Source: Mucilaginibacter sp.
GTDB taxonomy: Bacteria; Bacteroidota; Bacteroidia; Sphingobacteriales; Sphingobacteriaceae
Reading direction: 5' to 3'
Length of the DNA stretch: 64,000 bases
Assembly: GCA_965225845.1 (NCBI GenBank)
Contig: CBDDBL010000001.1
Span: 86,889 to 150,888 of the forward strand
Shown in pieces: positions 19,524 through 29,239 of the stretch. The notes under the pieces were generated by a model. That model saw only the letters and a program-made list of their open reading frames with translations, was not told the DNA's origin and did not search any database. Positions within the stretch are counted from its first letter, which is position 1; the number at the start of each line of letters is the position of its first letter. The position numbers were made by a program, and so were the translations under genes.

Positions 19524-20781
19524 GGCTATTACTTTAATCGCGGCCTGCCTGGCAGGCAACATCGTAATTGGGCAAACTACAGTTAATACTGTTGCCCTTG
19601 CAGATTCTTCTGCCCAAACTGTAACATCCGTACAAATTAATACCGAACCTGTTGAATTAACCAATGCTGGCTCTCTTGTTAATGTTAAAAACTTTAAAGT
19701 ACAGCTTAACAAGTTAAAAACACAGTTACAAAAAATCAGTGTGCAAACAAATGTTCAGGTTATATCAGCGCTTAATAATATTAATGTTGATGCTGATGTA
19801 GATGCTGTTGCCCCGCAAATCAATTCTATTATAAGGAATGCAACCGTAAGCGTTAATAGTGACAAATACGATGATGCCGAAGCTGTAAAAACCTATGCTA
19901 AAACATATTCTGCTGATGCAAATGATGTATTGTCAATTGAAAACAAGTATGGTAATGTTACCGTAAATACCTGGAACAGGAATGAGTTTAAGGTTGAGGT
20001 TCAAATAAAGGTATCGGCAGGAAGCGATGACCAGGCAAAAAAAATATTGGATAATGTCAGGATCAGCGATGCTAAAAATGGCTCGACCGTTGCTTTCCGA
20101 ACAATTATTGAGGAAGTTAAAAGTTCATGGTTCTCATCCTTAACAGGCAGCGGGGCAAAAAAGATGGAAATAAACTATACTGTTTACATGCCGGTGAAAA
20201 ATGATTTTGTTGTTGATGACCGTTATGGCGCTATCATCCTGCCTGATTTGATGGGAAAAGTAACAATAAACAGTGCTTATGGCAGCCTGAGTGCCAAATC
20301 ATTAACTAATGAAAGCGTAATCAGGGTTAAATATGGCAATGCCGTTATTGAAAACCTGGGGAACTGTACCCTTGATTTGGGTTATGGCGATCTTAATCTT
20401 GGATCAGTAAACTCACTTACTGCCGATGTTGGCTATAGTCCTGTTAAAATCAGCAAATTACACAGCGCCGGTACCGTTAACATAAAATACGGCAGTTTGC
20501 AGATTGGTGATTTAGACAAGAACGTAAAAAATTTAGCTATAAACGCGTCCTACACTAACGTTGATATTGGCTTAAGCGGTGATGAAAATGCAACCCTTTC
20601 CGTTGTAACACATTACGCCGATTTTGGCTATGGGAATAACCCGGTAACAATTACCAGCAAAACCGGTGATGATGAAAGAGGATTTCATCCTACTAAAAGC
20701 TACAAAGGTTATATAGGCAAAGGCAACAACGATAAAAATATTACTATAAGCTCCAACTATGGTAATGTGAAATTCAATTAG
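19504..20781 (+). CDS. DUF4097/adhesin-like beta-strand repeat protein
   Basis: ATG 19504 with signal peptide; repeated (N/K/A/S)YG motifs (NKYGNV, DRYGAI, SAYGSL, VKYGNA, IKYGSL, SNYGNV). Confidence 0.8.
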   Translation: MKLKAYKAITLIAACLAGNIVIGQTTVNTVALADSSAQTVTSVQINTEPVELTNAGSLVNVKNFKVQLNKLKTQLQKISVQTNVQVISALNNINVDADVDAVAPQINSIIRNATVSVNSDKYDDAEAVKTYAKTYSADANDVLSIENKYGNVTVNTWNRNEFKVEVQIKVSAGSDDQAKKILDNVRISDAKNGSTVAFRTIIEEVKSSWFSSLTGSGAKKMEINYTVYMPVKNDFVVDDRYGAIILPDLMGKVTINSAYGSLSAKSLTNESVIRVKYGNAVIENLGNCTLDLGYGDLNLGSVNSLTADVGYSPVKISKLHSAGTVNIKYGSLQIGDLDKNVKNLAINASYTNVDIGLSGDENATLSVVTHYADFGYGNNPVTITSKTGDDERGFHPTKSYKGYIGKGNNDKNITISSNYGNVKFN

Positions 20782-20845
20782 TTATTGGTGAGTATGTTGA
20801 TTAAGTGAATAGTTTAACCAGTTACTAATCAGCTTAATGAAACAC

Positions 20846-22036
20846 TTAACCAACTAACCGGCACAATAAACCTTTCAAATATTCCCCCTCCGGAAAAGAT
20901 GCCCTTACCGGGTGATCTTCTGGCTGGCAAAACTGGTGAATAAACTGCACCTGTTTACCGGCATCAAGCGCGGCCCAGGCTAAAACTTGCTTAAAGGTCT
21001 CCATATTCATAGCGCCGGAGCAAGAATAGGTAGCCAGCAACCCGCCATCATTTAACAACAAAATAGCAAGGCGGTTTAAATCTTTATAAGCACGGGATGC
21101 CCTATCCAATGCAGAACGCGATGGCGCGTATTTAGGCGGATCCAGTACAATAATGTCAAATTTTTCTTCCTGCTCCCTAAAGGCCCTTAACTGCTTGTTA
21201 ACGTCGGATTGTATGGCGATATGTTTGGCTGCATTCAGGTTATTTAGCTTGATATTTTCTCGCAATGTTTCAATCGCAAGTGCGGAACTATCCACACTGG
21301 TAACTGAAGACGCGCCATTATTTAAGCTATTTAATGTAAAGCCGCCTGTATAGCTGAAGCAATCCAGCACTTTTTTGCCTTTGGCATAGCTTGCCAGTAT
21401 TTTACGGTTACCACGCTGATCGCAATAGAAGCCTGATTTTTGGCCTTCGGCGATGTTGATATTATAGATGATGCCGTTTTCCTTAACTTCCACATTTTCA
21501 GGCGGACTGGTTAAAGTTAGCGCAACGTTTGAAGTTTGCAAACCTTCATGCTCGCGCGATGAGGCATCGCTTTTATCAAAAATGCTTTCGGGTTTTAACA
21601 GGTTGTTCAACTCATCAATAATTACCGGCATTACTTTTTCAATACCCGAAGTAAGGATCTGCACCGCTAAATGATTGTTGTATTTATCCACAATCAGCCC
21701 CGGCAAATAATCCGATTCGCTAAAAATCAATCGGCAGGTATTGGTTGAGCCATCAGCTAAAATATTGCCGCGGCTATTTACAGCGATAGCAACTTTTTCA
21801 CGGAACCAGTTATCATCAACCACAGCTTTTTCATCCCATTCTAACAAACGCAAAGCCACGCGCGACTGATCATTATAAAAACCGTAGGCCATAAAGTCGC
21901 CTTTAGCATTAATCAGCCGTACAATATCTCCATTAGCCGGATTTCCTTTCACTTTTTCGATCGCTCCGGAAAACACCCACGGATGGCGTTGCAACACCGC
22001 TTTTTCTTTGCCTTTTTTTAGAATTACCTCGAACAT
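20846..22036 (-). CDS. rlmI: 23S rRNA (cytosine-C5) methyltransferase, RlmI family
   Basis: Start reassigned to ATG 22036; RHPWVFSGAI PUA domain, GQKSGFYCDQR, LDCFSYTGGF, IVLDPP, EGEYLKG. Confidence 0.9.
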   Translation of the reverse strand: MFEVILKKGKEKAVLQRHPWVFSGAIEKVKGNPANGDIVRLINAKGDFMAYGFYNDQSRVALRLLEWDEKAVVDDNWFREKVAIAVNSRGNILADGSTNTCRLIFSESDYLPGLIVDKYNNHLAVQILTSGIEKVMPVIIDELNNLLKPESIFDKSDASSREHEGLQTSNVALTLTSPPENVEVKENGIIYNINIAEGQKSGFYCDQRGNRKILASYAKGKKVLDCFSYTGGFTLNSLNNGASSVTSVDSSALAIETLRENIKLNNLNAAKHIAIQSDVNKQLRAFREQEEKFDIIVLDPPKYAPSRSALDRASRAYKDLNRLAILLLNDGGLLATYSCSGAMNMETFKQVLAWAALDAGKQVQFIHQFCQPEDHPVRASFPEGEYLKGLLCRLVG

Positions 22037-22041
22037 AGGTG

Positions 22042-22049
22042 CAAAGGTA
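22042..22049 (-). promoter_or_regulatory. Housekeeping -7 box of rlmI
   Basis: TACCTTTG just before ATG 22036; supports the shorter start. Confidence 0.65.
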
Positions 22050-22401
22050 AGAAACTTCATAAAAAAGCCCTGCTCCGATGGCAACCGGGCAAGGCTCAAA
22101 TAATTAACTTATAAACTGAACACTATATCCAGGGGTTGAAACCTGAATATTAGTCCGCGGGAAATTGTGGTTAGAATTTATCAAGGGCTCAATCAAATAT
22201 AATATTCTGCATAATATAATTCCATTTGGAGTTTTCCACATAGTTAAGTAAGGTGGCCTGATTTCATATTCAGATTAATAATATGGTTGTTTATGTTAAG
22301 TGTATGTGTTGATAAATAGAGGTTGGGGCCATTTGGAGATACCATTCGCTTATCTCATGTAATAATACCGAATGCCCGTCTCTGGTATCGCTGCGCTAAG
22401 C

Positions 22402-22434
22402 GTTACTTTCTTTTGGCCGTCAAAAGAAAGTAAC
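22402..22434. repeat. Perfect 14-bp inverted repeat within a GC-richer intergenic element
   Basis: GTTACTTTCTTTTG-gccgt-CAAAAGAAAGTAAC. Confidence 0.8.
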
Positions 22435-22575
22435 CAAAGAAAACTCCGGGCTACGTTCTGATCCTACTTTGGGTTGTGCTTTGGCAGGGACAGTGGTTGC
22501 CGGATCAGCCCTGATGCCGATTTCTTTTTAGGGGAACGGCTGGTGTGCTTTTGCATGGTGGAAAATTGGGTTTAT

Positions 22576-22607
22576 AAAAAAAGCCTGCATGTTTAGTGCA
22601 GGCTTTT
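22576..22607. terminator. Terminator of the bacilliredoxin gene
   Basis: AAAAAAA-GCCTGCA-tgtttag-TGCAGGC-TTTT. Confidence 0.8.
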
Positions 22608-22634
22608 GGTATTTTATTTCTGTTATCTTAATAC

Positions 22635-23045
22635 TTAGCAATATTGCTCGAATGCACCGATTAGGTTATCAGCTATCATTTGTGCAGGGCGGCCTTCAAT
22701 TTGGTGGCGCTCAATAATATGTACCAATTTGCCGTCTTTAAACAAAGCCATAGCAGGCGATGACGGCGGGTAAGGTAACATGTAGTTACGGGCAGTGTTT
22801 ACTGCATCAGCTTCCATACCGGCAAATACAGTAACAAATTTATCCGGGTGTTTATCACTTTGGGTAGCCATACGTGCAGCCGGCCGTGCGTTGGCAGCCG
22901 CGCATCCGCAAACAGAATTTACCATAACAAATACAGTTCCTTCGCTTTCAATAGCCTTTTTTACCGACTCTGAATCTTTTAATTCTTCAAAACCAACGTT
23001 GGTCAATTCGGCCCGCATAGGGGCAACTAAATATTCTGGGTACAT
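22635..23045 (-). CDS. BrxA/BrxB family bacilliredoxin (YphP/YqiW, DUF1094)
   Basis: MYPEYLVAPMRAEL, NSVCGCAAANARP (CGC motif), PYPPSSP, IERHQIEGR. Confidence 0.95.
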   Translation of the reverse strand: MYPEYLVAPMRAELTNVGFEELKDSESVKKAIESEGTVFVMVNSVCGCAAANARPAARMATQSDKHPDKFVTVFAGMEADAVNTARNYMLPYPPSSPAMALFKDGKLVHIIERHQIEGRPAQMIADNLIGAFEQYC

Positions 23046-23279
23046 CTTTATCTAATTTAATTGGCTACAAAAATAATAAATGCTATTGGCTTAACACCTA
23101 CAAATAAGAATAATAACAATTTACTGACGCAATAATCCTTTTTTATAACAGTTATTAGAAAGCATCAGGAACAAAATTCCTGATTTTTACGTATAAATTT
23201 AAGCCAGGGTTAAATGCATGTTGTATTTGCATTGATACAAAGGCTTTTATATATTGCAATCCCTAATTGACTAATTTAA

Positions 23280-24152
23280 ATGAAATTTAAACCATCCGGT
23301 GTAAGTACGGTGATCATTGTTGACAAAAACAAAGGCGCCTCCAAAACACTGCAGGTAAAAACAAAGCACATTAGCCGTTTAAAGCATTATGCAGCAGGTG
23401 TGTTATCATTAATTGTGATACTTGCAGGCTCCATCATATACCTAAATAACGAAAACAATAAGCAGCAAGCTGAAAAAGCAATCTTATTAAAGCAAATAAC
23501 ACAGCTTAAAACGCAGGTTCCTCCGCCTGTCAGCACACAGGTAAAGGCTCCTGAAAACAAAGCACAAACTTATATCCAGGAAATTGAAGCCAAGCTACAA
23601 ACCATTAATACTTATTTAAAGAAACGCGGTTTAAAAGGCTTTTCAACCAAAAGCGTCGGTGGTAATGGCGATGCCGAAACCGGCAAATTTACCGACGAAG
23701 AAAAATACTCGCTGTACGATGATTATTTAAGCCGCTTTTTAAACGCGGTTGCATTTACCCCAATGGGTTACCCACGTATAAGTTCATTAACCTCCTATTT
23801 CGGTTACCGAAGCGACCCTTTTGATTCCGGGCATGCTGAATTTCACCCGGGGATTGATTTTAAAGGCGAACGTGGCGACGCAGCAAAATGTACCGCCAAC
23901 GGCAGGGTGGTTTTTACAGGCTGGTTTGGCGGTTATGGTAATTGCGTCCGCATTCAGCATAAAAACAACTTCGAGACATTATACGGCCATCTTTCAAAAA
24001 TTGTGGTAAGGGTTGGACAGGAAGTGACCGCCGGAGAAAAAATAGGCGAAATTGGCTCAACAGGCCGCTCAACAGGTAACCATTTGCACTACGAAGTACG
24101 TAAAAATGGCAAGCCGGTAAATCCGATCGCTTACTTGTCCTTAAACAACTAA
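23280..24152 (+). CDS. M23 family metallopeptidase with N-terminal TM and coiled coil
   Basis: HPGID, GGYGN, YGHL, GRSTGNHLHYEV (HxxxD and HxH zinc motifs). Confidence 0.95.
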   Translation: MKFKPSGVSTVIIVDKNKGASKTLQVKTKHISRLKHYAAGVLSLIVILAGSIIYLNNENNKQQAEKAILLKQITQLKTQVPPPVSTQVKAPENKAQTYIQEIEAKLQTINTYLKKRGLKGFSTKSVGGNGDAETGKFTDEEKYSLYDDYLSRFLNAVAFTPMGYPRISSLTSYFGYRSDPFDSGHAEFHPGIDFKGERGDAAKCTANGRVVFTGWFGGYGNCVRIQHKNNFETLYGHLSKIVVRVGQEVTAGEKIGEIGSTGRSTGNHLHYEVRKNGKPVNPIAYLSLNN

Positions 24153-24164
24153 AAACCTCTGAAT

Positions 24165-24581
24165 ATGTCTCTTTTCAAAAAAGAAAAAGTTTCCCTGGAT
24201 ATGCAATCCATTTCAACCCTGATTAGCGAAGGTTGCATTTTTGACGGCAACCTTAAAGCGCCCGACTTTGCCCGCATAGACGGACAAATTACCGGCGATG
24301 TAATGGTTGATGAAGGCTTGATCTTAGGTGAAAAAGGATCAATCTTAGGCAATGTGGTTACCAAAGAGTTAGTGGTTTATGGGGTTATCAACGGCAACCT
24401 GCAAGTAAATTCGCTGGAAATTAAGGCGACCGGAAAAGTAACCGGCGAAATCCGCACTCAAACTTTACAGGTCGACAACGGCGCTGTGTATAACGGCAGC
24501 CTATCCATGACTCAAAATAACAAGTTAGCGCAAAGCCAATCATCAACCAAAACAGCAAAACCTAAACTGATAGAAGTTTAG
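24165..24581 (+). CDS. Bactofilin (polymer-forming cytoskeletal protein)
   Basis: TLISEGCIFDGNL, RIDGQITGDV, VVYGVINGNL, LEIKATGKVTGEI, GAVYNGSLSM. Confidence 0.93.
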   Translation: MSLFKKEKVSLDMQSISTLISEGCIFDGNLKAPDFARIDGQITGDVMVDEGLILGEKGSILGNVVTKELVVYGVINGNLQVNSLEIKATGKVTGEIRTQTLQVDNGAVYNGSLSMTQNNKLAQSQSSTKTAKPKLIEV

Positions 24582-24922
24582 TTACCATTATTCTGATCAT
24601 TTCCTTTAGTAAAAATACCGTCCTTAATATCAATAAAAAGCACGGATAGCACACCCATGCCAGCTGCTGTGCCAATGGTAAGCAGCCAGTCTACAAACGA
24701 CAACCTGAAAAATAACAGATACATAATTGTCCCGTAATAGGGCGTCATACAAATGGGGCAACCATAAATTGGTTTGTACAGATGCCCCTCCGGCTTAATC
24801 AGTTTTTTTATCCCTTCAAATATCATCCCTTTCCAGCTACAGGCATGAATAAAAAGTACGGTCATGGCGATAATGAAGGCGTGTTCGATGATGAGTGATG
24901 GCATAATATGTTTGTTATTCAA
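24578..24922 (-). CDS. Hypothetical membrane protein with a CxxC motif (DUF1360-like)
   Basis: Three hydrophobic segments; KPIYGCPICMTPYY. Confidence 0.7.
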   Translation of the reverse strand: MNNKHIMPSLIIEHAFIIAMTVLFIHACSWKGMIFEGIKKLIKPEGHLYKPIYGCPICMTPYYGTIMYLLFFRLSFVDWLLTIGTAAGMGVLSVLFIDIKDGIFTKGNDQNNGN

Positions 24923-25184
24923 TAGGAAAATGTTTTTTGGCTGAAAAGGTTTGATTTGTTTTCGGTTTTGACGGGATAGTGAAATTATCTGAACCTAAAT
25001 TGGAGGAATAAGTGATAACTGTCATTTTTTTGTTTGTGAAAACTGCGTTGAGGTTGGGGACGTATACATTTAACACCAGAACCCTCTCCTGAAAAGGAGA
25101 ACAAAAAAAATAGAGATACAGTCTGCCCTACTGTAACAAATTTAGAGGGGCTTTTATCAAATTTTATTTCACATATATATTACT

Positions 25185-25192
25185 TAATTTTG
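25185..25192 (+). promoter_or_regulatory. Housekeeping -7 box of ahcY
   Basis: TAATTTTG, 24 nt before ATG 25217. Confidence 0.65.
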
Positions 25193-25216
25193 CAACCAAA
25201 TAATAATCAAAACAAT

Positions 25217-26533
25217 ATGTCATCAGTAGAGACTGCATTCACCAAGTACAAAGTAAAAGACCTTTCATTAGCTGAATGGGGCCGCAAGGAAATTGAGTTA
25301 GCCGAAGCAGAAATGCCGGGGTTAATGGCCTTACGCAAAGAGTACGGACCATCAAAGGCGTTAAAAGGTGCGCGTATTGCAGGCTGCCTGCACATGACCA
25401 TTCAAACCGCTGTTTTGATCGAAACATTGATCGAGCTGGGTGCTGAAGTTACCTGGTCGTCATGTAATATATTTTCAACCCAGGATCATGCTGCCGCGGC
25501 TATTGCTGCTGTCGGAACTTCGGTTTATGCCTGGAAAGGTATGAATGCGGAAGAGTTCGACTGGTGTATTGAGCAAACATTATTCTTTGGCGAAGACCGC
25601 CAGCCATTAAACATGATCCTTGATGATGGCGGCGACTTAACCAATATGGTTTTGGATAAATATCCTGAGCTGATTGCCGGTATTAAAGGCTTATCAGAAG
25701 AAACCACCACCGGTGTGCACCGTTTATACGAGCGCATGAAAGCTGGCACATTACCGATGCCGGCTATTAACGTGAACGATTCGGTTACCAAATCAAAATT
25801 TGATAACAAATACGGCTGCCGCGAGTCGTTGGTTGATGCGATCCGTCGTGCTACTGACGTTATGATGGCCGGTAAGGTTGCTGTTGTTTGCGGATATGGC
25901 GATGTGGGCAAAGGCTCGGCAGATTCATTGCGCAATGCCGGTGTACGTGTTATCGTTACCGAGATCGACCCGATCTGCGCTTTACAGGCAGCTATGGAAG
26001 GTTTCGAAGTGAAAAAATTAGGCACGGCTATTAAAGAAGCTGACATAGTGGTTACTGCTACCGGCAACATGAACATTGTTCGCGAGGAACATTTCCGCGC
26101 TTTGAAGGATAAAGCTATTGTTTGTAACATCGGCCACTTTGATAACGAGATTGACATGGCTTGGTTAAACGACGCTTATGGCAATACCAAAATTGAAATT
26201 AAACCACAGGTAGATAAATATACCATCGAAGGCAGCGACATTATTATTTTGGCTGAAGGTCGTTTAGTTAACTTAGGTTGCGCAACAGGCCACCCAAGCT
26301 TTGTGATGAGCGCATCGTTCACCAACCAAACTTTGGCCCAGCTGGAGCTTTGGAACAATGGCGACAAATACGAAAACAAAGTATACACCCTGCCTAAACA
26401 CCTTGACGAAAAGGTTGCACGTTTGCACCTTGCCAAAATTGGTGTTGAGCTGGAAGTTTTAGATACCGACCAGGCTGAATACATCGGTGTAACGGTTGAA
26501 GGTCCGTTTAAACCTGAATACTACAGGTATTAA
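25217..26533 (+). CDS. ahcY: Adenosylhomocysteinase
   Basis: Start reassigned to ATG 25217; [51 protein letters not shown]. Confidence 0.99.
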   Translation: MSSVETAFTKYKVKDLSLAEWGRKEIELAEAEMPGLMALRKEYGPSKALKGARIAGCLHMTIQTAVLIETLIELGAEVTWSSCNIFSTQDHAAAAIAAVGTSVYAWKGMNAEEFDWCIEQTLFFGEDRQPLNMILDDGGDLTNMVLDKYPELIAGIKGLSEETTTGVHRLYERMKAGTLPMPAINVNDSVTKSKFDNKYGCRESLVDAIRRATDVMMAGKVAVVCGYGDVGKGSADSLRNAGVRVIVTEIDPICALQAAMEGFEVKKLGTAIKEADIVVTATGNMNIVREEHFRALKDKAIVCNIGHFDNEIDMAWLNDAYGNTKIEIKPQVDKYTIEGSDIIILAEGRLVNLGCATGHPSFVMSASFTNQTLAQLELWNNGDKYENKVYTLPKHLDEKVARLHLAKIGVELEVLDTDQAEYIGVTVEGPFKPEYYRY

Positions 26534-26561
26534 TTCAAAAGTTAAAAGTCAAAATTCAAAA
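26534..26561. repeat. Heptamer tandem repeat (T/G)T(C/T)AAAA x4
   Basis: TTCAAAA GTTAAAA GTCAAAA TTCAAAA immediately after the ahcY stop; the same unit occurs at 38177-38252. Confidence 0.65.
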
Positions 26562-26592
26562 GGGCATGGTTTTAGGATTATGCCCTTTTTTT
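26558..26592 (+). terminator. Rho-independent terminator of ahcY
   Basis: AAAAGGGCAT...ATGCCCTTTTTTT. Confidence 0.85.
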
Positions 26593-26934
26593 GTGCCGTA
26601 CTGTTTCATGTTTCGGATGAAACAGGTGTATACTTAGTACACTTTTTGGGCATAAAAAGCCCTAAATAGAGGGAAAATGAGCGTTATTAGATTAATTTAG
26701 AATACTTTTTGGGCTAAAAACAGTTGTTTTTGACCTGAAAACGATTGAAAAATGATAAACTTTGTGCACTTTTTGATAGGTTTTGATGAGAAAACAAGGG
26801 TTTTTGTGCCGTTTTGAATGCGTAGTTAAACAGTAAAGATTTAAAAGAATATGGATTTAGGACTATGCCCCACTGGCATCAGTTTTTATAACTCAGGATA
26901 TTTAATAGACAGTTACAAACTGTTATCATCCCTG

Positions 26935-26955
26935 GTTTCAGTCTGAGACTGAAAC
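26935..26955. repeat. REP-like palindrome
   Basis: GTTTCAGTC-tga-GACTGAAAC; a related hairpin CTGTTTCAT-N7-ATGAAACAG lies at 26601-26625. Confidence 0.55.
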
Positions 26956-27066
26956 TAGTATAAAACAGCCTGGCAACGCAACTTCAAATTATAATCAATA
27001 TTCGTTTATATATTTACTATGCTTTCTATACTCAAATAAAAAATCAATTAGTTTAAACCTGCTCTT

Positions 27067-27621
27067 ATGAAAACGAAATCCACTTCTATAATAGCGTTAC
27101 TACTTTGCTTATCTGTTTTTAGTTACGCGCAGCATTTAACGCCAATACAGCAATCTTCATTGGTGCAATTCCAGGTATCGCACAAGATGGTTTTTCGCAG
27201 CACGGTAACAGGTTCGTTTAGCGGCCTGAAAGGGAATATTGTATTTGATACCAGGGACGTAAGCCAGTCTTTTTTCGATGTATCTGTAAATGCTGAAAGC
27301 ATCAATACCGGGATAGGCATGAGGGATAGCCATTTAAAAGATGAAGATTATTTTAACGCGCAGAAATATCCTTTAATCGTTATTAAATCGCAAAAAATAA
27401 ATAAAGAAAAAGGGGATGACGCTTATCTGTTTACAGGAACAATAACCATGAAAGGTGTTACAAAAGCCATCTCATTCCCTTTCACTATCAAGGCCATACC
27501 CGGCGGCTATCAATTTAAGGGGAATTTTAACATTAACAGGTTAGATTTCGAGGTTGGCCCCGAAAATTCCATCGACAAGGATGTTTTAATCCAGCTTTCG
27601 GTTTCCACTAAACAGGAATAG
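27067..27621 (+). CDS. YceI family protein
   Basis: Signal peptide; VQFQVSH, SINTGIGMRDSHLK..DYF, GTITMKGVTK, NRLDFEVG. Confidence 0.93.
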   Translation: MKTKSTSIIALLLCLSVFSYAQHLTPIQQSSLVQFQVSHKMVFRSTVTGSFSGLKGNIVFDTRDVSQSFFDVSVNAESINTGIGMRDSHLKDEDYFNAQKYPLIVIKSQKINKEKGDDAYLFTGTITMKGVTKAISFPFTIKAIPGGYQFKGNFNINRLDFEVGPENSIDKDVLIQLSVSTKQE

Positions 27622-27686
27622 TTTTCTAGTTTAACGACCTGAAGATATACACGAAAGAACATAATACTTTTTCAAAACTTAAAGTA

Positions 27687-28250
27687 ATGAGCAAATTAGT
27701 CTTCGCGATCAACACCACCCTGGATGGTTGCTGCGATCATACCAAGTTTTTTCCCAGTGAAGATACGATGGCCTATTTTATGAAGCTTCTGCAAGATACA
27801 GGTACATTCCTTTACGGCCGAAAAACTTATGAACTGATGGTTCCCTACTGGCCCGATGTAGCGAAAAGCCCCGGCACGGAGGATAGAGAGGTTGACATCG
27901 CATATGCCCAAGCCTATATTGCCGTCGATAAAATTGTTGTTTTCTCCAGGTCATTACAAAATGTTGAGGACGAAAAAACCACAATTTTTCATACAAACCT
28001 GCAAAACGAAGTACTTAAACTAAAACAGGAACCCGGTAAAAATATTTTAGCCGGCGGTATAGATCTCGCTTCGCAACTGGCTGAATTAGATTTGATAGAT
28101 GAATACCATATTGTGGTTCACCCGCTAATTGCAGGCGAAGGGAAAAGATTGTTTGATGGCATCAAACTGCAGCAGAAATTACAATTAAAATTTGTTGGGT
28201 CGAAGGTTTTTGATTCGGGGGCTGTTGCGCTTCGGTATACGAAAGAATGA
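27687..28250 (+). CDS. Dihydrofolate reductase family protein (RibD C-terminal-like)
   Basis: INTTLDG, LYGRKTYE, VVFSRSL, GG..LASQL..LDLIDEY..VVHP.IAGEGKRLF. Confidence 0.9.
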   Translation: MSKLVFAINTTLDGCCDHTKFFPSEDTMAYFMKLLQDTGTFLYGRKTYELMVPYWPDVAKSPGTEDREVDIAYAQAYIAVDKIVVFSRSLQNVEDEKTTIFHTNLQNEVLKLKQEPGKNILAGGIDLASQLAELDLIDEYHIVVHPLIAGEGKRLFDGIKLQQKLQLKFVGSKVFDSGAVALRYTKE

Positions 28251-28344
28251 ATAGCTTCATTAACATCCGCTGAATAATAGTAAGCAGATCTTATGGCATA
28301 GGAAGCATTTCACGGATCATTTAAAACAACTCGGCGCCTGCCAG

Positions 28345-29142
28345 TTAAGGTTTCTTAAAAACCGAACTTTCCCCCGGTTTATAATCTTTAATAAACTGCG
28401 CATAGCTCTCTTTTATATATATCAATATTTCGTAATCCGTCATTTGTTTAAGTGTAGTAATGGCCGGGCGGTAGGCGGTAACAAAATCTTGTAACGAGTC
28501 ACCTTGCATGTGGGTGATCAATTCTACTTTCGATTTGGAAAATCGGTAATTAAGATAGTTGGCCTCTTCATCGTCTTTCAGCTGTTTTTGAAGCTTGGCC
28601 TGGTTGCTCTTGTTCCTGCCAAAAAGGCTGACAACATCCAGCAGGTTTAGCCCACCAAAATCATTACCACTGTTTATCGCAGGCCCATGGTCGGGTATAG
28701 ACGTCGGCAGGTTTGTTTTCAGGAAATCCTTTATCGCCGGTTTTTGATAGCCGAACTGAGCCGCAAAGTCTTTGCGGGTGCTAAGCGAATCTGCCTTATA
28801 ACTACGGGTATATACATGGATGTCCTGCAATTCTATAATAACAGGTTCAACATAAATAGTATCAGTGTGGATGTTATATACAGTATAAGTTAAAGGCACA
28901 TAACCTACATGTGTTATCCTGATGGTATCATTAAAAGGAATATTATATAAACTGAATTTACCCTCGATAGAAGTAGAAGTTACATATTGGCCCGTACGAA
29001 TGGTTGCATATTCAACAGGTTTATGCGAAAGTTTGTCCAATACCAACCCGCTTAAAAGCTGTGCAAATGCACCTGCCGCTATCAGTAGAAATAAAAAGGT
29101 AAGGAGTAGATATTTTGCCACACTGTGATTACTTGTTAACAA
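28345..29142 (-). CDS. Carboxypeptidase-like regulatory domain protein
   Basis: Signal peptide; LSGLVLD...PVEYATI...TSTSIEGKFSL...THVGY; helical C-terminal domain. Confidence 0.85.
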   Translation of the reverse strand: MLTSNHSVAKYLLLTFLFLLIAAGAFAQLLSGLVLDKLSHKPVEYATIRTGQYVTSTSIEGKFSLYNIPFNDTIRITHVGYVPLTYTVYNIHTDTIYVEPVIIELQDIHVYTRSYKADSLSTRKDFAAQFGYQKPAIKDFLKTNLPTSIPDHGPAINSGNDFGGLNLLDVVSLFGRNKSNQAKLQKQLKDDEEANYLNYRFSKSKVELITHMQGDSLQDFVTAYRPAITTLKQMTDYEILIYIKESYAQFIKDYKPGESSVFKKP

Positions 29143-29239
29143 GATAGCTGTTTATATAGTTGCTCAACAAAAGTTTAACATTCGTTAACAATTAAGCTAT
29201 CGGGCAGATCTGTATTATTTACCATCTTGTAATGTTTTA

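Noticed and set aside
22110-22330. Short minus-strand frames upstream of rlmI
   Set aside because: They are interrupted by stops, have no good start and show no recognisable motif.
24930-25216. SAH or SAM riboswitch upstream of ahcY
   Set aside because: The promoter box lies 24 nt before the start, and no recognisable aptamer motif is present in the AT-rich leader.
25525-26157. 210-aa minus-strand ORF, and similar shadows within gcvP, recJ, fabH, lptB, MBOAT, MFS and the collagen gene
   Set aside because: They lie fully opposite highly conserved genes, reflect codon-bias shadows, and have no family motifs.
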